DNA of 64,000 nt. Source: Christensenellales bacterium. GTDB taxonomy: Bacteria; Bacillota; Clostridia; Christensenellales; JBMNTQ01. The notes under the pieces are model-generated. The model searched no databases. It was given only the letters and a program-made list of their open reading frames with translations, and was not told where the DNA came from. The DNA lies in contig JBMNTR010000001.1 of NCBI GenBank assembly GCA_050945835.1, forward strand, positions 9,384-73,383, read 5' to 3'. Below are positions 56,528-64,000 of the stretch, piece by piece; the stretch's first letter is position 1; each line of letters opens with the position of its first letter. Both the position numbers and the translations under genes were made by a program.

Positions 56528-58315
56528 ATGTATCGTTCACATATATTGGTTTGCGCCGGTACCGGCTGTGCGTCGTCCGGCAGCGAGAAACTGATTTCGG
56601 TTTTTCAAGAGAAGGTCGAAGAAAATGGTCTTTCAGAAGAAGTGAAAGTCGTTAAAACGGGCTGTTTCGGGCTTTGTGCCAACGGGCCTGTGGTCATCGT
56701 ATACCCCGAGGGTGTGTTCTATTCGAAAGTCACCGAAGAAGACGCCATCGAGATCATCAACGAGCATATCGTAAAGGGCCGCATCGTGACCAAGCTGCTC
56801 TATGAGGATTCTGTGCATGAAGATGTGATCGAATCCCTGGACAACACGGATTTCTACAGAAAGCAAAAACGTGTTGCGCTGCGCAACTGCGGTGTGATCA
56901 ATCCGGAGGATATCAACGAGTATATCGCATACGACGGCTATCAGGCGCTGGGCAAGGTGCTCACCGAGATGACGCCGGAAGATGTGATACAGACACTCAA
57001 AGATTCAGGGCTGCGCGGCCGTGGCGGCGCAGGGTTCCCTACAGGTGTCAAATGGTCGTTTGCGGCGTCGCAGCCTAAGGGCGTAAAGTATGTCTGCTGC
57101 AATGCCGACGAAGGTGACCCGGGCGCGTTTATGGATCGTTCCGTTTTAGAGGGCGACCCGCATGTGCTCATCGAAGCGATGACCATCGCAGGCTATGCGA
57201 TCGGATCCTCCCAGGGGTATATCTATGTAAGGGCTGAATACCCCATCGCTGTGAAGCGTCTGACCATCGCCATTCGCCAGGCTCGCGAAGCGGGCTTGCT
57301 GGGCAGGGATATTTTAGGCACAGGATTTGATTTCGATCTGGATATCCGCCTGGGTGCAGGTGCGTTTGTCTGCGGCGAGGAGACCGCGCTGATGACTTCT
57401 GTGGAAGGGCACAGAGGCGAACCCCGTCCGCGTCCGCCGTTCCCGGCGGTGAAAGGCTTGTTTGACAAGCCCACCATACTCAACAACGTGGAAACCTACG
57501 CGAATATTCCGCGCATCATATTAAATGGCCCGGAATGGTTTGCCTCCATGGGCACGGAGAAATCCAAGGGCACCAAAGTGTTCGCACTGGGCGGCAAGAT
57601 CAAGAACACAGGCCTTGTGGAAATCCCCATGGGCACTACGCTGCGCGAAGTCGTGGAAGAAATCGGCGGCGGCATTCCCGATGGAAAGAAATTCAAGGCG
57701 GCACAGACCGGCGGTCCTTCCGGCGGATGTATCTCCATAGAAAATATCGATATTCCCATCGATTACGACAACCTGATCTCCATTGGCTCCATGATGGGCT
57801 CGGGCGGGTTGATCGTAATGGACGAAGACAACTGCATGGTGGATATCGCGAAGTTCTTCATGGGCTTTATCGTGGATGAAAGCTGCGGCAAATGCTCCCC
57901 CTGCCGGATCGGCACGAAGCGGCTGTATGAGCTTTTGGAGAAGATCACCAGCGGCAACGGCGAGATGGAGGATTTAGACAAGCTGGATGCGCTGTGTATG
58001 CACATCAAGGCGAACTCCCTCTGCGGCCTGGGCCAAACGGCCGCAAACCCGGTGCTGTCCACGCTGCGCTATTTCCGCGATGAATATGTGGATCATATCC
58101 AGAACAAACGCTGCATGGCGGGCGTGTGCAAGGATCTGCTGTCCTATGAGATACTGCCCGACAAATGCATCGGGTGCACCGCGTGCGCGCGTGTCTGCCC
58201 CACCAACGCCATTTCGGGCAAGGTGAAGGCTGTGCACACCATCGACAAAGAAAAATGTATCAAGTGTGGCGCTTGTATCGAAAAATGCAAGTTTGGCGCT
58301 ATTATTAAGAAGTAA
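56528..58315 (+). CDS. hydB: NuoF-like flavoprotein subunit of the [FeFe]-hydrogenase (FMN/NAD(P)H-binding, multiple Fe-S clusters)
   Basis: 595 aa with GRGGAGFPTG, GAGAFVCGEETALM, CGKCSPCR and a C-terminal 2x CX2CX2CX3C. Confidence 0.9.
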   Translation: MYRSHILVCAGTGCASSGSEKLISVFQEKVEENGLSEEVKVVKTGCFGLCANGPVVIVYPEGVFYSKVTEEDAIEIINEHIVKGRIVTKLLYEDSVHEDVIESLDNTDFYRKQKRVALRNCGVINPEDINEYIAYDGYQALGKVLTEMTPEDVIQTLKDSGLRGRGGAGFPTGVKWSFAASQPKGVKYVCCNADEGDPGAFMDRSVLEGDPHVLIEAMTIAGYAIGSSQGYIYVRAEYPIAVKRLTIAIRQAREAGLLGRDILGTGFDFDLDIRLGAGAFVCGEETALMTSVEGHRGEPRPRPPFPAVKGLFDKPTILNNVETYANIPRIILNGPEWFASMGTEKSKGTKVFALGGKIKNTGLVEIPMGTTLREVVEEIGGGIPDGKKFKAAQTGGPSGGCISIENIDIPIDYDNLISIGSMMGSGGLIVMDEDNCMVDIAKFFMGFIVDESCGKCSPCRIGTKRLYELLEKITSGNGEMEDLDKLDALCMHIKANSLCGLGQTAANPVLSTLRYFRDEYVDHIQNKRCMAGVCKDLLSYEILPDKCIGCTACARVCPTNAISGKVKAVHTIDKEKCIKCGACIEKCKFGAIIKK

Positions 58316-58330
58316 ACAGGAGGTCTCGTT

Positions 58331-60076
58331 ATGGAAACCGTTAATATGAAAATCAACGGAATTGAAGTCCAGGCGCCGAAGGATGCAACCATTTTGGAAG
58401 CTGCAAACGCCGCCGGGATTCGAATTCCTACTCTTTGCTATTTAAAAGACATCAACGCCATCGGCGCCTGCCGTATGTGTGTTGTGGAAGTCAAAGGTGC
58501 GCGCGCGCTGGCTGCTGCTTGTGTGCATCCGGTTGCGGAGGGCATGGAAGTGCTCACCAACACCGCCAAGCTGCGCGAATCGCGTAAGACGACATTAGAG
58601 CTTATATTGTCCAACCACCGGATGGATTGCCTGTCCTGCAAACGCAACCTAAGCTGCGAGCTGCAGTCGTTGTCCTTAGATTATGGTGTGGACCAGAAGC
58701 GCTTCATGGGCGCTGAGGATTTAAGCCCGCAAATCGAGGATTCGGCACCGCACCTCGTGCGCGACAATTCCAAGTGCATACTCTGCCGCCGGTGTGTGGC
58801 GGTGTGCAGGAGTAATCAGCATGTAGGCGTGATCGGGCCGAACGACCGCGGCTTTGAAACGCATATCGCAAGTCCGTTCGATCTTCCGCTGGATTCCACC
58901 TCCTGCGTATACTGCGGGCAGTGCATCGCCGTTTGTCCGACAGGCGCGCTGATGGAAAAGGATGATACGCGCAAGGTATGGGAAGCTTTGGCGGACGAAA
59001 CAAAGCATGTCGTGGTCGCGCCCGCGCCGTCTGTGCGCGCGCAGTTGGGCGAATGCTTCGATTACCCCATCGGCACGAACATACAGGGCAAGATGGTTGC
59101 GGCGCTGCGAAGGCTAGGCTTTGACGGCGTGTTCGACGTCGATACCGCGGCGGACATCACCATCATGGAAGAGGGAACCGAGTTCTTAAACCGCCTAAAG
59201 GGTGAAGGCGGCCCCCTGCCGCTGATCACTTCCTGCTCGCCTGGCTGGATTAAGTTCTGTGAGCATTATTATCCGGATATGCTGCCCAATGTATCGAGCT
59301 GCAAATCCCCGCAGCAGATGTATGGCGCGTTGATGAAGACATACTATGCCGAGCTGAAGGGCATCGACCCGAAGGATATGTTCGTGGTGAGCGTCATGCC
59401 CTGCACAGCGAAGAAATTCGAAGTGAAGCGCGACGACCAGAACGCGGCGGGATACTCCGATGTGGACGTATCGCTGACCACCCGTGAGCTGGCGAGCATG
59501 ATCAATGAAGCCGGCATCGTATTCCAATCGCTGCCGGATGAGGAGTTTGACCCGGCGTTTGGCATCGCGTCCGGCGCGGGGCATATCTTCGGCGCGACCG
59601 GCGGCGTGATGGAAGCGGCGCTGCGCACCGTGGCCGAGATCGTGACCGGCAAACCGTTGGAATCCCTCGATTTTGAGGATGTCCGCGGCACAGAGGGCAT
59701 AAAGGAAGCGGAATATGACCTTGCGGGTACGAAGGTGCGCGTCGCGGTCACATCCGGCCTTGCGAACGCGAAAAAGCTGCTGGATATGGTGAAATCCGGA
59801 GAAAAGGATTATCACTTCATCGAAGTCATGGCATGCCCCGGCGGCTGTGTCAACGGCGGCGGGCAGCCGTATCAGCCCGGTTATGTGCGCAACTTCGTGG
59901 ATCTGCGCGCGGAACGCGCTAAAGCGCTCTATGGGTCTGACAAAGAGATGGAGCTGCGCAAGAGCCATGAAAACCCGGTCGTTCAAACGATCTATGACGA
60001 CTATCTGGGCGAACCCGGCAGCCACAAGGCGCATGATATACTGCATACAACCTATGTGGAGCGCTGCGTGTATTAA
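58331..60076 (+). CDS. hydA: [FeFe]-hydrogenase catalytic subunit (M3 architecture) with a variant P1 motif
   Basis: 581 aa. N-terminal 2Fe-2S, HX3CX2CX5C and 2x[4Fe-4S] sites. H-domain motifs TSCSPGW (canonical TSCCPxW), MPCTAKKFE and EVMACPGGCVNGGGQP. Confidence 0.9.
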   Translation: METVNMKINGIEVQAPKDATILEAANAAGIRIPTLCYLKDINAIGACRMCVVEVKGARALAAACVHPVAEGMEVLTNTAKLRESRKTTLELILSNHRMDCLSCKRNLSCELQSLSLDYGVDQKRFMGAEDLSPQIEDSAPHLVRDNSKCILCRRCVAVCRSNQHVGVIGPNDRGFETHIASPFDLPLDSTSCVYCGQCIAVCPTGALMEKDDTRKVWEALADETKHVVVAPAPSVRAQLGECFDYPIGTNIQGKMVAALRRLGFDGVFDVDTAADITIMEEGTEFLNRLKGEGGPLPLITSCSPGWIKFCEHYYPDMLPNVSSCKSPQQMYGALMKTYYAELKGIDPKDMFVVSVMPCTAKKFEVKRDDQNAAGYSDVDVSLTTRELASMINEAGIVFQSLPDEEFDPAFGIASGAGHIFGATGGVMEAALRTVAEIVTGKPLESLDFEDVRGTEGIKEAEYDLAGTKVRVAVTSGLANAKKLLDMVKSGEKDYHFIEVMACPGGCVNGGGQPYQPGYVRNFVDLRAERAKALYGSDKEMELRKSHENPVVQTIYDDYLGEPGSHKAHDILHTTYVERCVY

Positions 60077-60109
60077 CTTCTGATGTAAACGAACAACAGG
60101 CTATCAACA

Positions 60110-60147
60110 CAACAGGGCGGGTGCAATGCACCCGCCCTGTTGATTTT
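60110..60147 (+). terminator. Strong rho-independent terminator of the hyd operon
   Basis: CAACAGGGCGGGTGCA/TGCACCCGCCCTGTTG followed by ATTTT. Confidence 0.9.
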
Positions 60148-60482
60148 GCGCCAAGCCGAAAAAGCATGGGCGCAGAGAAAAGCGGCCAAAGAAATATGAA
60201 GGTGAAAAAGCCTTCACAATTAAAATGCATGGATGGAATCGGTTCGTACCCTCTGAATGTTTTCGTTGGGTGCTTGTAAAGCGGGCGGGAAAAATGCAAA
60301 AAAGACAGGCTGTTTTGTGCGCTGTATAAGGCGGAGCAAAGCATCTGTTTCGTATCTATGAAAAAACACATGGATATGTTATGCTTGTTCTCGAGTGTTA
60401 CAAAATATTGCCCAGGGGATCAAAAGAGGTGATTTCGCGGTTACAGCAGCGCGGCGCCTAAGGATGCAGACAGCTCTGCATG

Positions 60483-60764
60483 CTATTCTTCAGACTTAGA
60501 GAGTGCATATAAAAAATCATAGGCCTTTTGATAATCGTCATTTGAGGTCACATAGAAAACCCCCTGCCGTGTGTTCAGTGAATCGGGCAGCACACAGCGG
60601 CGTGTGCAGCCGCTGAGTATGATGGCGGCGTCGTAAACAGTTCGTTCGGAGGCGCCGAGAAAGGCAATATGGGGGAATGCAGCCTTGAGCTTGTCCGCCA
60701 ATGCAGTGCGGTCATAGTAGGGGTTACAGCCCCCGCAGTATTTGATGGCTACTTCCACAGGCAA
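60483..60764 (-). CDS. Small Cys-motif protein (YCGGCNP…GCTRRC)
   Basis: 93 aa. It starts 10 nt downstream of mntP on the same strand. Confidence 0.5.
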   Translation of the reverse strand: MPVEVAIKYCGGCNPYYDRTALADKLKAAFPHIAFLGASERTVYDAAIILSGCTRRCVLPDSLNTRQGVFYVTSNDDYQKAYDFLYALSKSEE

Positions 60765-60774
60765 AGCTCCTTTT

Positions 60775-61326
60775 TCATCCGGTGATGAGTATTTTAAAAC
60801 CGATTGCGATGAGCACGCACCCGCCCGAGAACACGGCGCGCTTTTGAAACAGATTTCCGAGTTTTTTACCGATAAGCATGCCGGCCATGCAGATGCAGAA
60901 GGTGACTGCGCCTATGAACAGGCAGGAGAGCACAACGTCCACATGCAGCAGCGCCAAGCCCAGACCCACGGCAAACGCGTCGATGCTGGTTGCCAAAGCC
61001 ATGACCAGCAGCCGGACGGTGGAGACGGGATTCTTTTCACAGCTTTGTTCACCGCAATGGAAAGAATCATAGATCATCTTGGCACCGATGATACCGAGCA
61101 GCAAAAAGGCGATCCATTGCCCAAACGCCGCGATATAGCGGGCGACATTGGCGCCGGCCAGCCAGCCTAAAGCGGGCATGAGCGCCTGAAATCCGCCGAA
61201 GAAAAGAGCTGTTTTGAGGGTTTGCCAAATTGTGGGGCACTTGAGCAGTATACCGTTTGTCACGGAGACGGTAAATGCGTCCATTGCCAACCCGACCGCC
61301 AACAGGAGTAATTCAAATATACTCAA
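60775..61326 (-). CDS. mntP: Manganese efflux pump MntP
   Basis: 183 aa. TTG start lies 7 nt after GGAGG. LAMDAFTVS… and …ATSIDAFAVG are the duplicated MntP (DUF204) motifs. Confidence 0.85.
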   Translation of the reverse strand: MSIFELLLLAVGLAMDAFTVSVTNGILLKCPTIWQTLKTALFFGGFQALMPALGWLAGANVARYIAAFGQWIAFLLLGIIGAKMIYDSFHCGEQSCEKNPVSTVRLLVMALATSIDAFAVGLGLALLHVDVVLSCLFIGAVTFCICMAGMLIGKKLGNLFQKRAVFSGGCVLIAIGFKILITG

Positions 61327-61548
61327 GCCGCAACCTCCAAAAAAGCCTTCAGATGATCAAAAGTATAATCATCATATCAAACGCGTTTTATGCGGTCAAG
61401 TACCGATGCGGGCAAAGGAGCGCGCCGGGCTCTGATATGAATAATTTGCTCAAAATACGAGACAATGAAACAGGTGTCGGGTATAATCAATGTATAAACC
61501 ATACACATTCCATGATGTTTGAATATAAATCGGATAGGAGCGGGATCT

Positions 61549-62580
61549 TTGAATAAGAAGAAGAATAACAAAAGAGTCAACATACGAAAGATCGCCGAGC
61601 TGTGTGATGTTTCCATCGCCACGGTGTCGCGTGCGATCAACCATCCTGAGAAGGTTGCGCCGGAGCTATATGAGCGCATTCAAGCCGTGATCAAGGAGTA
61701 TAACTATGTGCCCAATGAACTGGCAAAGCAGTTGTTTGCGCAGGATTCGCGCTCATTGGCCATATTCGTTCAAAATATCGAAAACCCGTTTTATACGAAT
61801 TTTATCAGCTATCTGAATGAATATGCGTTCGACAGCGGCTATACGCTGATCATCTGCGACACGAAGAACGACGAGCAGCGCGAGCTGAAATATGTCCGTT
61901 ATTTGTTTGGCATCAAGGCCTCCGGTATGATCTTGATGGACGGTGAATGGAGCCATCCGTTGAGCGAAGCGCTGAAATCCATGCCCTGTGTGGCCATCGA
62001 CCGCATCATGAAGCCGAGCATTACGGGGATCCCCACCGTTGCTTCCGACTACAAAACGGCCAGCGCCGAGGCGATTGACTATCTGGTGTCCTTAGGGCAT
62101 AAGCGCATCGCGTTTGCGGGGCTGTGCGGTTCGCAATCCGCGCTCACGCGGTTTTTAAGCTATAAAGCGCATCTGTCGGCGCATGGGCTGTCTGTGCCTG
62201 AAGCGTATATCGGCCGTTATGACGCCATGGACATGAAGGTGGGCGAACAATCCTTCGAACAGTTCTTTTCACAGGCGCAGCCCCCCACCGCCATCATGTG
62301 CGTCAACGATCTGATCGCATACGGCGTACTGCATAAGGCGGAACAGATGGGCGTAAAGGTTCCGGAGCAGGTTTCTGTGATCGGAACGGACGGTATTCTT
62401 GTGGACATGTTCAAGCCGCGTCTGGCAACGCTGCAGCAGGATGTGGAGCAGCTTGTAAAGGCCGCGGTGAAAGAGCTGGAGCAGATCATGGAATCCGGCG
62501 CGGAAGACGGACGCGAGCTCATCGTACCGATGCGGTTTATAAAGGGAGAAACGATTGCCAAAGCATCGGATTCGCTGTGA
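61549..62580 (+). CDS. LacI-family transcriptional regulator
   Basis: TTG 61549 lies 8 nt after TAGGAG. HTH NIRKIAELCDVSIATVSRAIN plus a PBP-like effector domain. Confidence 0.85.
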   Translation: MNKKKNNKRVNIRKIAELCDVSIATVSRAINHPEKVAPELYERIQAVIKEYNYVPNELAKQLFAQDSRSLAIFVQNIENPFYTNFISYLNEYAFDSGYTLIICDTKNDEQRELKYVRYLFGIKASGMILMDGEWSHPLSEALKSMPCVAIDRIMKPSITGIPTVASDYKTASAEAIDYLVSLGHKRIAFAGLCGSQSALTRFLSYKAHLSAHGLSVPEAYIGRYDAMDMKVGEQSFEQFFSQAQPPTAIMCVNDLIAYGVLHKAEQMGVKVPEQVSVIGTDGILVDMFKPRLATLQQDVEQLVKAAVKELEQIMESGAEDGRELIVPMRFIKGETIAKASDSL

Positions 62581-62704
62581 AAAAGCTGGATGTAAGCCAT
62601 GTGCATGAACCGGGCGGGAGATTGTAAAGCAGGCATTTCTGTGATATGATGAAGGATAAAGAATGATACAGCAGCAAAGCGCTGTCCTTGCAAAGGGAAA
62701 CGAA

Positions 62705-63799
62705 ATGAAATTGAGTATTGTTATCCCTGTATATAATATCGGCAGTACCATCGAGAGAGCCTTAAAGAGCATACAACGGCAGTCGTTTAAGGACTATGAG
62801 ATCATACTCATAGACGATGGCTCAACGGATGACACATGCGACTACTTGCGCAAAGCGGCCCAAGAGGATGCGCGCCTGTATGTGCATACCATCGAAAATC
62901 AAGGCCCCGGCCATGCACGCAACTACGGCGTGGAGTTGGCCAGAGGGGATTATATACTGTTCATAGACAGTGACGATGTTTTGGTAGACGGTGCGCTTGA
63001 ACTGCTGATCCAAAAGATGGACGAGACAAAGGCCGATTTGCTCATATTCGGATTCATACTAACGGATGCGCAGCTAAACGAGCGAAGCCGTTACAGCTAC
63101 CGCAACGAGCTCTTCGATTTGGAAGCGGATCCCAAGGTGCTGAGCACCACCTTTTCAAAGCTATACCGCAACAACCTTTTAAACCAGGTATGGAACAAGG
63201 TCTACCGCCGCAAGCTGCTCATAGACTGTCAGATTCGTTTTACAGACTACCGCTACGGCGAAGACCGGCTGTATGTGTTTGACGCCATGCAGGTCGCAAA
63301 AAAAATCGCCACCATTGAGGACTGCTGTTATCTCTATGTGGTGGGCAAAAGCAGTAGCCTGATCAACCAGTATTATGAACCGAAACTCACCTGCTGCCGC
63401 CTGATCAATGAGCGAGTCCGGTATTTAGCGGATCTCTGGGGGGCCGGCAGCCCTGAGGATACGGCGGTATTCGATTATATGTACCTAAAGGGCATGCTGT
63501 CCTGCATGGTACAGCTGTTTGACAAAACGTGCCCGTTGAGTTTTCGCGAGAAGCGGCGCTACATGAAGGACATACTGCAGGAGCGGCAGATACGCGAATT
63601 GAGCCGTATAAAGCTGAAATACGGCCTGACGACCTTCATATTGCAATACATATTAAAAACAGGATGGGTCTGGTTGAATATGGCCAGCGGCGCGCTGATC
63701 GCGCTGATCAGCAAAAGGCTGCCCAATCTGTTTTTCAAGCTGAAACACCCCGCCAAGATCAATGCAAACGAAGCGGACACAGACGCACCGCAAAGCTGA
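62705..63799 (+). CDS. Family 2 glycosyltransferase
   Basis: The ATG at 62705 gives MKLSIVIPVYNIGSTIERAL…IILIDDGSTDDT…FIDSDD (DxD). C-terminal TM helices. Confidence 0.85.
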   Translation: MKLSIVIPVYNIGSTIERALKSIQRQSFKDYEIILIDDGSTDDTCDYLRKAAQEDARLYVHTIENQGPGHARNYGVELARGDYILFIDSDDVLVDGALELLIQKMDETKADLLIFGFILTDAQLNERSRYSYRNELFDLEADPKVLSTTFSKLYRNNLLNQVWNKVYRRKLLIDCQIRFTDYRYGEDRLYVFDAMQVAKKIATIEDCCYLYVVGKSSSLINQYYEPKLTCCRLINERVRYLADLWGAGSPEDTAVFDYMYLKGMLSCMVQLFDKTCPLSFREKRRYMKDILQERQIRELSRIKLKYGLTTFILQYILKTGWVWLNMASGALIALISKRLPNLFFKLKHPAKINANEADTDAPQS

Positions 63800-63850
63800 T
63801 TGGCTGCGGTCTCAGAGCACATCCTGCAAAAAAACAAATTTGGATACGCA

Positions 63851-63885
63851 AGCACTGTTTTTGACAAAACGGTGCTTTATTCTTT
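63851..63885 (+). terminator. Rho-independent terminator after the GT2 gene
   Basis: AGCACTGTTTT-TGAC-AAAACGGTGCT followed by TTATTCTTT. Confidence 0.75.
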
Positions 63886-63903
63886 CGGACCCTGCGAGCG
63901 TTC

Positions 63904-63933
63904 TTGACGCGTTTAAGAAGAGTACGGTATAAT
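63904..63933 (+). promoter_or_regulatory. Candidate sigma-70 promoter for the next gene (ATG at 63998, off window)
   Basis: TTGACG-18 nt-TATAAT. GGGAGGTG and an ATG sit at the window end. Confidence 0.55.
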
Positions 63934-64000
63934 GAGGCGATTCTCATGCCCGCCGCCGTAAGATACGGCAAGTGCATGTATATATCCGGGAGGTGTGATG

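Noticed and set aside
61327-61548. Expected yybP-ykoY (Mn) riboswitch upstream of mntP
   Set aside because: I read the minus strand and found none of the conserved core blocks I remember. This is reported as an absence and needs cmsearch to be sure.

Overview
This 64-kb window looks like ordinary chromosome from a spore-forming, anaerobic Firmicutes/Clostridia-type bacterium. The taxon is inferred only from gene content: YlbJ, GerMN lipoproteins, an [FeFe]-hydrogenase and LL-DAP aminotransferase. Functions come from motifs I could read in the translations; no database search was possible. I found no transposase, integrase, phage genes or CRISPR array.

Content from left to right:
- 1-8928: a low-GC sugar-sensing and uptake block. 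It holds a pseudo-ATPase, a sensor-less YesM-type kinase and a YesN-type regulator, divergent from an rbsACB-like ABC transporter and one orphan protein.
- 9068-9396: four tRNAs (Lys-CTT, Gly-TCC, Gly-GCC, Leu-TAG).
- 9521-23505: a GGDEF/EAL-like/HDOD protein, then housekeeping genes (amidase, ylbJ, patatin, pfkA, dapL, GNAT, fhs, argS, CPBP protease, a methyltransferase).
- 23749-30833: tRNA-Met, a gpsA/SDR cluster, a THF riboswitch with folT, a CDF transporter and an orphan B12-radical SAM gene.
- 31450-40991: ddl-murF, galU-ahcY-mtaD, a lipoprotein and a PBP5-type carboxypeptidase.
- 41299-49782: an OmpR-type two-component operon followed by two GerMN lipoproteins and an MBL hydrolase, then comEC (no MBL domain), holA and a cobalamin adenosyltransferase-like gene.
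- 51497-60076: a HydABC-type (NuoE/NuoF-linked) [FeFe]-hydrogenase operon. It is transcribed divergently from a five-gene, translationally coupled module (DRTGG, RsbW-like ATPase, HydS-like Fe-S protein, DRTGG, PHP).
- 60483-63799: mntP with a small CGGC protein, a LacI regulator and a GT2 glycosyltransferase.

Most interesting observations:
1. The hydrogenase-adjacent putative H2-sensing/phospho-signalling module.
2. The catalytic HydA reads TSCSPGW where canonical enzymes read TSCCPGW.
3. A catalytically dead tandem-NBD ABC homologue is translationally coupled to an intramembrane-type histidine kinase, next to an intact transporter.
4. A walRKHIJ-like gene order in which GerMN lipoproteins occupy the YycH/YycI positions.
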